The notes under the pieces: generated by a model | What the model was told of the DNA's origin: nothing | Databases searched by the model: none | What the model saw: the letters and a program-made list of their open reading frames with translations, nothing else | Position numbers and translations under genes: made by a program | In this document: positions 10,412 to 20,765 of the stretch, one piece after another | Layout: each line of letters starts with the position of its first letter | How positions within the stretch are numbered: position 1 is the stretch's first letter | Source: an uncultured Candidatus Saccharibacteria bacterium | GTDB lineage: Bacteria > Patescibacteriota > Saccharimonadia > Saccharimonadales > JANWIN01 | Direction: 5' to 3' | NCBI GenBank assembly: GCA_964520375.1 | Contig: CAZFNQ010000003.1 | Location: forward strand, 1 to 45,339 | Length of the DNA stretch: 45,339 nucleotides

Positions 10412-10437
10412 AAGCACAAGAACTAGGAAAACATAAA

Positions 10438-10779
10438 ATGGCAGCAACCGAGTTTCTACCGGAAGTTAGCCCGACCCGACCCGCCGAGCGTGTGAGAGAA
10501 GCTGTCTCCGATGTATTGCCAATTAGAGAACCTGAGCCTGAAATACAAGAAGCCTTTTTCAAGCTAGCGCGAAATTTGGGTGAATTTAGTTTTATCGGCT
10601 TCAATAATTCACGAAGGCATATGCAGGAAGAGATAGCTTCCGGTGTTAGACACCGAATTGATCTGTTGGTTTATGACGCTCTTAAAACTGTTCCCCGGTA
10701 CAAGCGCTGGATTGATCTTGGTATGAAAAGAATCGGCTACATTGACGCGCCGCCGCGTACACCAGACTCGAAGTTATAG
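10438..10779 (+). CDS. Hypothetical protein
   Basis: Fills gap between gatC and uvrB; own promoter and AGGA RBS. Confidence 0.7.
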   Translation: MAATEFLPEVSPTRPAERVREAVSDVLPIREPEPEIQEAFFKLARNLGEFSFIGFNNSRRHMQEEIASGVRHRIDLLVYDALKTVPRYKRWIDLGMKRIGYIDAPPRTPDSKL

Positions 10780-12738
10780 TTTGGTTTTTATATCGGCAAT
10801 TATATCTCTAAGTTCGGCAGCCGTTTCAAACTGCAGATTGGCAGCCGCCATATCCATTTGAGCCGTTAAGTCCTTTATAAGATGGCCGTATTCGTCTTTG
10901 GGGATTTTCTTTAGGTCGAGTTTGGCTCTTTTGGCTTCTTCCGGTAAATCAGGTCGTAAGCCTTTTTCAACTGACTTACTTATACCCGTAGCTGTAATGC
11001 CATGTTCTTTATTGTAAGTTTCTTGAATTTTGCGACGGCGGTTAGTCTCGTTGATAGCCCGCTGCATGCTGCCAGTCACTCGGTCGGCATACATTAGCAC
11101 TCGTCCTTCGATATGTCTAGCCGCTCGGCCAATAGTTTGAATCAAAGCCTGTTCACTGCGCAGGAAGCCCTCTTTATCGGCGTCAAGAATTGCTACCAAA
11201 CTGACTTCTGGCAGATCCAAGCCCTCGCGTAGCAGATTAATTCCAACCACTACGTCATAAACGCCAAGCCTGAGATCGCGCAAAATGTCGGTGCGTTCCA
11301 GAGTTTCCACATCGCTATGCAGATATGTCACCTTAATATCTACCTCTTTTAGGTAATCCGTTAGGTCTTCGGCCATGCGTTTGGTTAGGGTTGTAACCAG
11401 TACCCGTTGGCGTTTATCTACCGTGGCTTTAATTTCACTTATCAAATCATCGATCTGACCCTTGATGGGGCGGACATCAATACTAGGATCTAGCAGGCCC
11501 GTCGGACGAATAACTTGCTCAGCCGGTTTGGGACTGCGCGACAATTCAAAATCCGCTGGCGTAGCGCTTACGTAGACAACCTTATTCATATGCCGTTCAA
11601 ATTCAGTAAATGTCAGCGGACGGTTATCCAAGGCACTAGGCAAGCGAAAGCCATAGTCCACCAAGACTTCTTTACGAGCTCTATCGCCGTTGTACATACC
11701 ACGCACCTGGGGGATGGTCATGTGCGACTCGTCGATAAACATCATGTAATCATCGGGGTAGTAATCTAGAAGTGTGGCCGGTTGTTCGCCTGGTTCGCGG
11801 TTAGTTAGGTAGCGGCTGTAGTTTTCTATGCCCTTCACAAAACCAGTTTCTTCCATCATTTCCAGATCAAAACGGGTGCGTTGTTCCAAGCGCTGGGCTT
11901 CTAATAATTGGTTATTCTTTTTAAAAAATGCCAGGCGTTCCTCTAGTTCATGCTCAATCTTACTAAGGGCGGATTTGAGCTTATCCTGCGGTGTAACGTA
12001 GTGGGAGCTTGGAAAGACTTTAAGTTCATTTAAGTTTCCAATGATTTCACCAGTAAGCGGATCTATTCTTGTCATTCTATCTATCTCATCACCAAACAAC
12101 TCAACTCGGTAGGCGGTTTCCTCGCCAGCCGGGAAGATGTCTATAACGTCGCCGCGAACGCGGAAGTTGCCGCGGGCAAAATCCAGATCATTACGGTGGT
12201 ACTGAATGTCGGTTAGCTGTCTTAGTAGTTTATCGCGTATTCGCCGTTCGCCTTTTTTAAGATGAACCGCCATATTTCCGTAATCTTCTACCGAACCTAT
12301 GCCGTAGATACAGCTCACGCTAGCGACAATTATGACATCCCGGCGAGTTAGTAGCGCGTCGGTAGCAGCGTGGCGTAAGCGATCAATCTCTTCATTAATC
12401 TGACTGTCTTTTTCTATATAAGTATCAGTCCGCGGCATGTAGGCTTCCGGTTGGTAATAGTCAAAGTAGCTGACAAAATAATGAACAGCGTTATCTGGGA
12501 AGAAGTTTTTAAATTCGCTGTAGAGTTGAGCAGCCAAGGTTTTATTGTGACTCAGAACCAAAGTGGGTTTTTGAACGTTTTGAATTACATTGGCCATTGT
12601 AAAAGTCTTACCACTGCCGGTAACGCCCAGCAAAGTTTGCTCTTTTACATCTTTGGAAAGATTATCTGTCAATTGGGCAATAGCCCCTGGTTGGTCACCG
12701 GTTGGCTTATAGCTACTCTTAAGATGGAATTTGGCCAT
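10774..12738 (-). CDS. uvrB: Excinuclease ABC subunit B
   Basis: [18 protein letters not shown] beta-hairpin, [15 protein letters not shown]-terminal UVR coiled coil. Confidence 0.98.
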   Translation of the reverse strand: MAKFHLKSSYKPTGDQPGAIAQLTDNLSKDVKEQTLLGVTGSGKTFTMANVIQNVQKPTLVLSHNKTLAAQLYSEFKNFFPDNAVHYFVSYFDYYQPEAYMPRTDTYIEKDSQINEEIDRLRHAATDALLTRRDVIIVASVSCIYGIGSVEDYGNMAVHLKKGERRIRDKLLRQLTDIQYHRNDLDFARGNFRVRGDVIDIFPAGEETAYRVELFGDEIDRMTRIDPLTGEIIGNLNELKVFPSSHYVTPQDKLKSALSKIEHELEERLAFFKKNNQLLEAQRLEQRTRFDLEMMEETGFVKGIENYSRYLTNREPGEQPATLLDYYPDDYMMFIDESHMTIPQVRGMYNGDRARKEVLVDYGFRLPSALDNRPLTFTEFERHMNKVVYVSATPADFELSRSPKPAEQVIRPTGLLDPSIDVRPIKGQIDDLISEIKATVDKRQRVLVTTLTKRMAEDLTDYLKEVDIKVTYLHSDVETLERTDILRDLRLGVYDVVVGINLLREGLDLPEVSLVAILDADKEGFLRSEQALIQTIGRAARHIEGRVLMYADRVTGSMQRAINETNRRRKIQETYNKEHGITATGISKSVEKGLRPDLPEEAKRAKLDLKKIPKDEYGHLIKDLTAQMDMAAANLQFETAAELRDIIADIKTKL

Positions 12739-12813
12739 CCTTTAATTGTAGCAAAGAACTATTGGCAGTCGTGTTTTGGGTTTGCGCTCTTGATATTAAT
12801 ATCTATCTCAGGA

Positions 12814-13377
12814 TTAGGAAAAAATATCTTTGTACTGTTGGTGTTCGATATCCAGTATGTTTATTAGGCGAGTTAACAATTCCCGGGGATCGTCACCAAA
12901 GATAGCATCTTCGCCAGGTTCGCGGCCAGCCGCCTTTAAAACATCGTTAATATAGTCGCCCGTACCACCGGCCCCGTGCAGGAAACCAATTGGTGTATGA
13001 GTCTCCAGTGCCAATACGGCTTCATGAAGTGTGCCCAGACGGCCGCCTATACTTATAACCGCGTCGCTGGAGTTAATCATAAAGGCATCACGACCAACAT
13101 AGTGCATGCCGGTATAGATGATAGCGTCATATGGTCTAGTCGGCAGGCGGTACTTCATGACATGCTCGACTTTACTGCCAGCTGGGCTAATACCCAAGCT
13201 CATGACACCACCGGCTTGTTTGTAAGCAATGGCAGCATTATGGGGTAACCCAATGGTTGCGCCGGTTAAAAGTGCATGCCCACTTTTAGCAACGGCTACA
13301 CCGCTGTCGTGCGCCAGGCGCTTGCCAACTATGGAGCTTTTGCCTTTGGCAGCCCCAGATATGCAAATTTGATACAT
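12814..13377 (-). CDS. LOG/SLOG family protein
   Basis: LLTGATIGLP, GISP, GRD..MI.SSDAVI.IGGRLGTLHE. Confidence 0.8.
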   Translation of the reverse strand: MYQICISGAAKGKSSIVGKRLAHDSGVAVAKSGHALLTGATIGLPHNAAIAYKQAGGVMSLGISPAGSKVEHVMKYRLPTRPYDAIIYTGMHYVGRDAFMINSSDAVISIGGRLGTLHEAVLALETHTPIGFLHGAGGTGDYINDVLKAAGREPGEDAIFGDDPRELLTRLINILDIEHQQYKDIFS

Positions 13378-13378
13378 C

Positions 13379-14635
13379 TTAAAATATGCTCCGCAGGTTC
13401 TCTATCATCAGTTTCGGATCAGCTATACCACTATCCAGTTGCTTAATCACCTGTTCTTCAATTGATTCCTGGCCCAGATATCGGACAAATATTTCACTGG
13501 ACAGAGCATCTTGAAAGTTTTGGATAGATTGTTGTCCGTACGGCAGGCCATTACAATAGCTGACAGCGTTGTCCCGAAGTCCAAAGGATACTGGACGACC
13601 TTCATGCATAATAGCTATATAGTCCAGGTCTTCCCAGAATTTTAGGGCCGGCTCAAGGTTATAGAGTACGTCCTCAGCACTTTTCCAAGTCAAATCATCA
13701 GGTTGGACATGTGGTTCAAAAACTTCTGGGTGACGGCTTTTGTCGAGTTTACCAAAGTGGCGCTGGATAACTCGCCAATGGACTGGTTGACCGGCGATGG
13801 AAGCGGTATCATTCGGGTCGCGGGTAAGTGTGTTGATCAGAATAGTGGCAAAATGCGGTTTGACTTGTTGCAATTTAAAAAAGGCACTGTAAAGACGAAG
13901 TTCGTTTATATAATGAACCAGCAGAGGCAGTACGGTAATACTGATTCCCTGTAATCTGTCGATTGGCATAGGCAAAACGGCAATGATGCCCATTTCCTTT
14001 AGGCTAGCCACATTGTGGTGGTGGCTGTAAACAAAATCCTGGGATAATTTACCCCATCTTTTACCAGGCATGGCAATAATACTAATGTCTCTGGTTTCAA
14101 AGTCGCTAGGGCGCAGATTTTTGTAACTGGCTATAAACCGACTCAGCCAACTGGGTGATTCGGCAAATCTAAGTGAGGCATAAAGCTCGTCGATATTCTC
14201 ACGCTTTAACATCGAGTCGATTGATCTGTAGCCCAGGTGTTTCATAACTTTTTTAGGCGGTGTGGCTTTAAGCAGTCGCTTGGCCGTGCTGTGTTTGAGG
14301 ACCCATGATGACTTAATAATTGGTAATTTTTTAGCCGTGGCTATAAGGCGTGGTATCAGGTCAGTGATATCGGCTGGGTCATTGCCGCCGACGGCTTTAG
14401 CCAAGAATTCATCATGTTTTTTAACAAGTGACTGCAGGGCACTATACAGCTCCTGTCCATTTGTATCGGCCGGGTCCAGGCCAAGCTGTCTGATCTTAGC
14501 TCGGACATTTTTGGCAATATCGGCTGACAGTCGGACATCAATATCCGGGTGGCCGCTTTCCGATTCCAAACGCTGAAGCATATTGGTAAAACTTGGCTCT
14601 TGAGCAGCCAGTAATTCCGATAACATCCGTGACAT
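13379..14635 (-). CDS. Hypothetical protein (418 aa)
   Basis: Long ORF co-oriented with pfkB and LOG genes; no recognised motif. Confidence 0.8.
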   Translation of the reverse strand: MSRMLSELLAAQEPSFTNMLQRLESESGHPDIDVRLSADIAKNVRAKIRQLGLDPADTNGQELYSALQSLVKKHDEFLAKAVGGNDPADITDLIPRLIATAKKLPIIKSSWVLKHSTAKRLLKATPPKKVMKHLGYRSIDSMLKRENIDELYASLRFAESPSWLSRFIASYKNLRPSDFETRDISIIAMPGKRWGKLSQDFVYSHHHNVASLKEMGIIAVLPMPIDRLQGISITVLPLLVHYINELRLYSAFFKLQQVKPHFATILINTLTRDPNDTASIAGQPVHWRVIQRHFGKLDKSRHPEVFEPHVQPDDLTWKSAEDVLYNLEPALKFWEDLDYIAIMHEGRPVSFGLRDNAVSYCNGLPYGQQSIQNFQDALSSEIFVRYLGQESIEEQVIKQLDSGIADPKLMIENLRSIF

Positions 14636-14674
14636 ACTTACGATAAGATTAGCATAAGAAGTTTATGCTCACAA

Positions 14675-15679
14675 TCAAAAGTCGGTCGGTTTATACCACT
14701 TGGGCGCCTTTTTTAGCAACTCCTCAAGCTCTGCTTCACTCAGCAGGCCGCGCTGAGCACCAACTTGCTGGACGACACTCATAGAATTAATCGGCGCTAA
14801 CTGCAAAGAGCCTAGGATGGTGTTGCCTTTTATTAGCTCGGCCACAAAAGTGGAAGCAAAGGCATCACCGGCGCCGGTGCGCTCAAACGGCGGTTTGGGA
14901 TCAGGGTAAAGAGGCATTTTATAGCGGTTAGTGCCATCACTAGCATAAGCTCCGTCTGGACCATCAGTCACAACTACAATTTTAGGCCCTAGAGCATGCA
15001 AGTGGTCAATAAGATCATTAACATCATGGTGGTTGCCGCCGCCGACCAGGGTAGCTTCTTCGCGGTTTAAAATTAAGACTTCGCTGCGTCTGTAAATGCG
15101 GTGCAAGCGGTTGACACCAGCTTCCATTTGGAAAGTGCCAGGTTGGAAGGCTAGCTTTACATCGTCATGCTTGTCCAGCCAGTCAGCCAGATCATCATGA
15201 AAATCGATGGCATGCTTGCTGATCGAGCTAAAGTACAGCCAGCGCGGTATTTCATTAGCCCGCAGGTGCGGCCAAAAATACTCATATTCTTCGTGCTTGA
15301 TTAAAATGGTACGTTCCTCTTTGTACCACAGCACATAGTGATAATTACTGACTTTATCTGGGTTGATATGAACAAACCGGCTATCGACCTTATTGTCATG
15401 AAGGGCCCTAAGCATATCGCGGCCATAGTGGTCATCGCCTATGTTTGTCACGAAAGAGCTATTAAGGCCAAGCCGGGCAAAACTTACTGCCGCATTGGCG
15501 GCATTACCAACCGCCGGTATAACTTCCGAATGGTCAAACGGCACTTTGGTAGCAAACGGCATGGCCAGCCAATCGCCATTCTCATTGCTATAGGTATGCG
15601 CCTCTTCGTCGAGTAATTTTATGAAGTTATCTGTAACTATGTCGCCGACTGATATGACATCTGGTTGAGGTAAGCTCAT
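14675..15679 (-). CDS. PfkB/ribokinase-family carbohydrate kinase
   Basis: GNAANAAVSFARLG, NREEA, ERTGAGDAFAS. Confidence 0.93.
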   Translation of the reverse strand: MSLPQPDVISVGDIVTDNFIKLLDEEAHTYSNENGDWLAMPFATKVPFDHSEVIPAVGNAANAAVSFARLGLNSSFVTNIGDDHYGRDMLRALHDNKVDSRFVHINPDKVSNYHYVLWYKEERTILIKHEEYEYFWPHLRANEIPRWLYFSSISKHAIDFHDDLADWLDKHDDVKLAFQPGTFQMEAGVNRLHRIYRRSEVLILNREEATLVGGGNHHDVNDLIDHLHALGPKIVVVTDGPDGAYASDGTNRYKMPLYPDPKPPFERTGAGDAFASTFVAELIKGNTILGSLQLAPINSMSVVQQVGAQRGLLSEAELEELLKKAPKWYKPTDF

Positions 15680-15750
15680 CCCACCGCTTTCTGTTTATAT
15701 AATTCTAACTCTGTTATTGTGCCACAAACACACTGGACTACGCAATCCGC

Positions 15751-16662
15751 TTACGGCTGGGCCTTGCCGGCCGAGTTAAACATATCAATCTTAGCTTCGA
15801 CAACTGATTGAACGGCATTAATAACTGTGTCGATGAGCTTAACGACAGCGTACTCACTGGGGTTATCGGCCAAGACTTTTTCAAGAGTTTTGCGGTAGGC
15901 TATGCGCATATCGGTATTAATATTTACTTTACTGACACCTATTTTTACAGCGTCTATAAAGTAGTGTTCGGGAGTGCCGCTGCCGCCGTGTAAACTAATG
16001 TTGCAAGTTATAGCTTCACGGATGCGTTGGAGCAAAGCTAAATCCAGGACCTTGGGGATAGGATAGTGCCCGTGCAGGTTTCCAACTGCCGCCGCGTAGG
16101 TATCAATGCCGGTTTGGTCAACAAAGCTTTTGGAGCTTTCGGGTGTACTAAAAGTCTTTTTAATTTCTTCGTAGTCAAAGGCTTGGTTAAAAACATTGGA
16201 GCCGCCGCCAAAATAGTGCGGCTCACTCTCTACCAACGCACCGGTCTGTTTAGCGGCTGCCACCACCTTTTTGGTTTCAGCAATAATATCTTGTTCGCTA
16301 GCGTCGTGATTGGCCTGGGAAATATCTATATGTATCATCTCAAAACCGGCCTCAATGCCGGCAATGGCGTCTTGGACCGACGGCGAGTGGTCAAGATTAA
16401 TGTACATTTCAAGTCCAAAGGCAGATTTATAGTTGTTTACCATATCGCGTACATTGTTTAGGCCCATAAGGTCAACTTCGCCTTTACTGACTTCTACCAG
16501 TACCGGTGAATTCTTGGCCTTGGCAGCTTTGGCAACAGCGATTAAGGTTTCCTGGTTATCCAGGTTAAAGGCACCAAGAGCAAAATGCTCATCCCGGGCC
16601 CGTTGCATAGCAGCTCGGGCTTTTTGACAGTTTTGTTTAGTTTGTTCAAGAGTTTGTGGCAT
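15751..16662 (-). CDS. fba: Class II fructose-bisphosphate aldolase family
   Basis: GAFN, NLDH, GNLHG, LHGGSG, KVNINTD. Confidence 0.92.
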   Translation of the reverse strand: MPQTLEQTKQNCQKARAAMQRARDEHFALGAFNLDNQETLIAVAKAAKAKNSPVLVEVSKGEVDLMGLNNVRDMVNNYKSAFGLEMYINLDHSPSVQDAIAGIEAGFEMIHIDISQANHDASEQDIIAETKKVVAAAKQTGALVESEPHYFGGGSNVFNQAFDYEEIKKTFSTPESSKSFVDQTGIDTYAAAVGNLHGHYPIPKVLDLALLQRIREAITCNISLHGGSGTPEHYFIDAVKIGVSKVNINTDMRIAYRKTLEKVLADNPSEYAVVKLIDTVINAVQSVVEAKIDMFNSAGKAQP

Positions 16663-16665
16663 ATC

Positions 16666-17649
16666 TTAGTTTTTATGCCTCGCCGTTAATTCATGAGCTG
16701 CCAGAGCAATATGCTTGGCGGTTAGGCCAAAATGCTCCATTAACTCATCCGGGTCACCAGATTCGCCAAAATGGTCACGCATACCAATTCGCCTCATCGG
16801 TACTGGATGTTCTTCGCCTAGCAGTTCTGCTACTGCCCCGCCTAGACCGCCGTTAATTTGGGCTTCTTCAGCCGTAATTACCAGTCCGGTTTTACGGACA
16901 CTATTTAATATAGTTACCTTATCTAGAGGCTTTATGGTCGGCACGTGAATAACCTCCAGGTCGATACCGTCTTTAAACAATTTTTCAGCCGCCAATAGCG
17001 CCTGATAGGTCATTGTGCCAGTGCTAATTATTGTAATGTCACCGCCCCCGGCATAAACGTAGGCCTGGCCGATCGTGAAGGGTGTTTTGGGAGTGCTAAT
17101 AATAGGTGTGGCTTCACGGGCTAAGCGCATGTAAGTTGGATGATCTTTGTCCTCAGCCATAGCTACTGTCGCTCGCTCAGCTTCCAGGCTATCGCCTGGC
17201 GCAATCACAATCATGTTTGGCAGGCTGCGCATCAAGGCTATATCTTCCAGCATTTGATGAGTGGCGCCGTCCGGCCCGACTGACACGCCAGCGTGAGAGC
17301 CAATAAGTTTAACCGGCTGATTGTTTAAGGCTATGGTGGTACGGATTTGTTCCCAGTTACGCCCAGGACTAAAGGCTGCATAACTACTGACAAACGGTAT
17401 TTTACCTTGGGCTGCCAGTCCCGAACCAATGGTAACCAGGTTCTGCTCGGCTACACCAACATCTATAAACCGTTCCGGAAAAGCTTCCCGAAATAAATGC
17501 ATTTGGGTTGATTCGGTAAGATCGGCACAAGCGGCGACAACATCTTCGTATAACTGTCCGGCCTTTAACAGACCACGTCCAAAGCCTTTTCGAATCGGTT
17601 CGGTGACTAGATCTTTGGCGGCAATGTTTTCGACTAAGTGTGTATCCAT
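16666..17649 (-). CDS. Transketolase, C-terminal subunit
   Basis: GVAEQN, GPDGATHQ, TIKPLD, GGLGGAVAE. Confidence 0.93.
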   Translation of the reverse strand: MDTHLVENIAAKDLVTEPIRKGFGRGLLKAGQLYEDVVAACADLTESTQMHLFREAFPERFIDVGVAEQNLVTIGSGLAAQGKIPFVSSYAAFSPGRNWEQIRTTIALNNQPVKLIGSHAGVSVGPDGATHQMLEDIALMRSLPNMIVIAPGDSLEAERATVAMAEDKDHPTYMRLAREATPIISTPKTPFTIGQAYVYAGGGDITIISTGTMTYQALLAAEKLFKDGIDLEVIHVPTIKPLDKVTILNSVRKTGLVITAEEAQINGGLGGAVAELLGEEHPVPMRRIGMRDHFGESGDPDELMEHFGLTAKHIALAAHELTARHKN

Positions 17650-18506
17650 TACTGGTGCTCCGACTTTATCTTGCCTTGCAAGGTACGCAGTTCGTTAAGA
17701 GCTTTTTTGGCTTCGGCCTCATCCGGCGCTTTGCCGTGCCAGTGAAAATCGTATTCCATAAAGTCCACACCCATACCCGGTACAGTATGAGCCAGGATCA
17801 TGGTTGGTTTTTCAACAATTGCTCGGCCCATGGCGTAGGCATCAATGATGGCCTCCATGTTGTTGCCGTCTATTTCTATGACGTGCCAGCCAAAGGCTTC
17901 CCATTTAGCTTTTAAGTCTTCCAGCGGCATTACAGTCTCGGTTGGACCGTCAATTTGAATGTTATTACGATCAGTCAGAGCTATGACATTATTAAGCTTA
18001 TACTTGCTGCACAGCATAGCGGCTTCCCAAACATTGCCCTCATCCTGCTCACCATCGCTCATGATTACATATACCCAGCGGAACTTGTCTTTATTCATGC
18101 GCATGGCCAGGGCCATGCCAGCCGCTTGACTAAGCCCGCAGCCCAATGGTCCGCTGGTAGTTTCCAGTCCAGGTAGTCGCTGGCGTTCTGGGTGTCCTTG
18201 CAGACGCGAGCCCAGCTTCCGAAGAGTCATTAGTTCCTTACGCTCAAAATATCCGGCGTTAGCCATGGTGGCGTATTGCACCGGCACGCAGTGGCCGTTA
18301 CTCAGTACCAGGATGTCCCGTTGGTCCCAGTTTGGTTTCTGGGGATCGTGCTTGAGGACATCAAAGTATAAAGCGGTAAAAATATCCGCCAGTCCTAGTG
18401 GACCAGCACTGTGACCGCTACCAGCCTCCACCAGCATTTTAATGATATCCTCACGGATTTGGGTTGCTTTGAGTTGTAGCTCTTCAATTGTAAGTTTACT
18501 AGCCAT
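17649..18506 (-). CDS. Transketolase, N-terminal subunit (start revised to ATG 18506, MASKL...)
   Basis: SGHSAG, LSNGH, LQGHP, TPP motif SDGEQDEG..N; revised start overlaps rpe end by 8 nt. Confidence 0.93.
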   Translation of the reverse strand: MASKLTIEELQLKATQIREDIIKMLVEAGSGHSAGPLGLADIFTALYFDVLKHDPQKPNWDQRDILVLSNGHCVPVQYATMANAGYFERKELMTLRKLGSRLQGHPERQRLPGLETTSGPLGCGLSQAAGMALAMRMNKDKFRWVYVIMSDGEQDEGNVWEAAMLCSKYKLNNVIALTDRNNIQIDGPTETVMPLEDLKAKWEAFGWHVIEIDGNNMEAIIDAYAMGRAIVEKPTMILAHTVPGMGVDFMEYDFHWHGKAPDEAEAKKALNELRTLQGKIKSEHQ

Positions 18507-19143
18507 TGTTAACCCCTTGAACCAGTGCTTCCAGTCTAGCATAAGCATCATGTGGTCGCTCGGCCCGCTGCAAGAATCCACCAACGTTGAGCACGTCGAC
18601 ACCGCCTTGAGCTAATCGTTGGACATTGTGTTCGTTAATACCACCGTCCCAACCAATTTCAATCGCTGGATTAATGACTTTTATGGTTTGGACTTTATCA
18701 AGTAGGTCTAGGTCAGCCTGGCCACCGAAACTTCCCAGTGTGCCGCTGAAGATTAGGACATGGTCAACCCCGCCCAGGACGGATTCAATTTTTGATACCG
18801 GCGTGTCTTTAAGCAAGGCCAAGCCAACTTTTATGCCTTGGTCCCGTAAGGTTTCTGACAATTCATAAAAATCCCCATCGGCTTCAGCATGAACAATAAT
18901 TAAGTGTGGCTTTAGTTCAATTAAACTAGTTAGATTGTCAGCCGGGTTTTGATACATCAAGTGAATATCGGCCTCAACACCAATTGGCCACCAGACCTGC
19001 TCAATCCCAACTGACTTATGCGGGGCAAAAATACCATCCATAAGGTCTATCTGAATTCGTTTGGCAAATTTAGCCACCCTCTCTAATTGTTGACGGTAGG
19101 TGTGTTCATTACCGGCTAAAACTGTTGGACATATGACGGCCAT
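18499..19143 (-). CDS. rpe: Ribulose-phosphate 3-epimerase
   Basis: IDLMDG.FAP, DIHLM, VHAE, FGGQ, DGGI; operon context. Confidence 0.88.
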   Translation of the reverse strand: MAVICPTVLAGNEHTYRQQLERVAKFAKRIQIDLMDGIFAPHKSVGIEQVWWPIGVEADIHLMYQNPADNLTSLIELKPHLIIVHAEADGDFYELSETLRDQGIKVGLALLKDTPVSKIESVLGGVDHVLIFSGTLGSFGGQADLDLLDKVQTIKVINPAIEIGWDGGINEHNVQRLAQGGVDVLNVGGFLQRAERPHDAYARLEALVQGVNNG

Positions 19144-19145
19144 GA

Positions 19146-19592
19146 TTAACCCAACTCATCCATTTCTTTGTTTCGGCGGATAAACCGGCTGGCGCCGGCA
19201 AATGGCGTCGATAGCCAGGTTTCAACAATTTGGTTGGCTTTGTCTTTTTTTAAAATATCGGCCGGTAAACAAAGCACGTTGCTATCATCGTCATTTCTAG
19301 TTGTTTTAGCCGAGTCGGCGTCTATGGCTAGGGCGGCTCTGATGCCTTTGAAACGATTAGCAGCCATACACATACCCTGGCCGCTGCCGCACAGCAATAT
19401 GCCACGAGCGTCTTGGTCATCACTGCCCAGTACGCCAGTAGCTACTTTACCGGCGAACTGCGGAAAGTCATCTTCTGGCTTTAATTGTTCGTCACCCTCA
19501 TCAACAACGTCATAGCCGGTAGAACGTAAAAATTCAACCAGTTCTTTTTTTAAACTAAAGCCTCTGTGGTCGGCGCCAACATATATTTTCAC
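19146..19592 (-). CDS. rpiB: Ribose-5-phosphate isomerase B
   Basis: GADHRG, CGSGQG, ANRFKGIRAA; GTG start after AGGAG. Confidence 0.92.
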   Translation of the reverse strand: MKIYVGADHRGFSLKKELVEFLRSTGYDVVDEGDEQLKPEDDFPQFAGKVATGVLGSDDQDARGILLCGSGQGMCMAANRFKGIRAALAIDADSAKTTRNDDDSNVLCLPADILKKDKANQIVETWLSTPFAGASRFIRRNKEMDELG

Positions 19593-19607
19593 TGCGCTTT
19601 TACTCCT

Positions 19608-20678
19608 CTAATTAGCGGCGATTGGGATCGCCGTAATAGGAGCTGGCTTGGCTGGCTCATTTGATTTTGGCTGTAGTAAACGGCCGGCATCAGCCACAAC
19701 TTCTACCAGGCGGTTAGAATAACCCCACTCGTTGTCATACCAGGCTACGACTTTTAGCATATTGCCGCCGACAACAGCCGTCAATTTAAGGTCAACTATA
19801 GCCGAGTGGGTATTGCCTATAAAGTCACTGCTGACCAGCTCCTCTTCGGTAACGTCAAGGATGCCTTGGAAATAAGTATTTTTAGCGGCCCGTTTAAAGG
19901 CTTCGTTGACAGACTCAACCGTAACTTGGCTCTTGGTAATAATGACAAAGTCACTGAGTGATACTACTGGCGTTGGTACGCGAATGCTAAGTCCGCCGAA
20001 TATCCCCTCCAGTTCTGGCAAGGCTTTGGCGGCGGCAATTGAGGCTCCGGTAGTGGTCGGCACTATGTTTTCGGCAGCGCTGCGGGCTTCGCGTAAATCT
20101 TTGGCTGGTGCGTCCTGTAAGCGCTGGCTGGCTGTGTAGCTGTGAATAGTCGTCATCATGGCTTTTTCAATGCCAAACTCACTATGGATTATTGCCGCGA
20201 CTGGTGTTATGCAGTTAGTGGTGCAGCTGGCGTTGCTAATAATGTCGCCGCTGGTGGCCAGTTTATCTTCATTGACACCAAGGACAATGGTTTCAGCGCC
20301 TTCGCCTTTGGCCGGAGCCGAAATAACAACCTTTTTGGCGCCCCCGTCGATATGGGCTTTGGCTTTGGCCGGATCAACAAACAAGCCAGTTGATTCAATT
20401 ACGACAGCTACATTTAAGTCCCGCCAAGGTAGGGCGGCGGGATCTTTCTCAGCCAAGACTTTTATGGACTTGCCGTCAACAATTATATTTTGCTCATCAT
20501 ATGTTACTTTATGGTCATAACGTCCGTAGTTACTGTCGTATTTGAGTAAGTGAGCCAGGGTTTTTGTATCTGTTAAGTCGTTAATGGCTACAATCTCCAG
20601 GTCGCTTCGTTCAAACGCCACTTTAAAGGCGTTACGACCTATCCGCCCGAAACCATTTATTGCCACCCTTGTGTTCAT
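19608..20678 (-). CDS. gap: Type I glyceraldehyde-3-phosphate dehydrogenase
   Basis: INGFGRIGR, SNASCTTNC, WYDNEWGYS. Confidence 0.98.
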   Translation of the reverse strand: MNTRVAINGFGRIGRNAFKVAFERSDLEIVAINDLTDTKTLAHLLKYDSNYGRYDHKVTYDEQNIIVDGKSIKVLAEKDPAALPWRDLNVAVVIESTGLFVDPAKAKAHIDGGAKKVVISAPAKGEGAETIVLGVNEDKLATSGDIISNASCTTNCITPVAAIIHSEFGIEKAMMTTIHSYTASQRLQDAPAKDLREARSAAENIVPTTTGASIAAAKALPELEGIFGGLSIRVPTPVVSLSDFVIITKSQVTVESVNEAFKRAAKNTYFQGILDVTEEELVSSDFIGNTHSAIVDLKLTAVVGGNMLKVVAWYDNEWGYSNRLVEVVADAGRLLQPKSNEPAKPAPITAIPIAAN

Positions 20679-20765
20679 TTTAGCCTCGTTTTAAGCATTA
20701 GTTGTTTTCAGAATAATTGTATAGATAAACTACCCTGCCCGCAACTGTAAACTTGCCAATTAAGA

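Noticed and set aside
12739-12813. LexA/SOS box upstream of uvrB
   Set aside because: No clear GAAC-N4-GTTC or CTGT-N8-ACAG match
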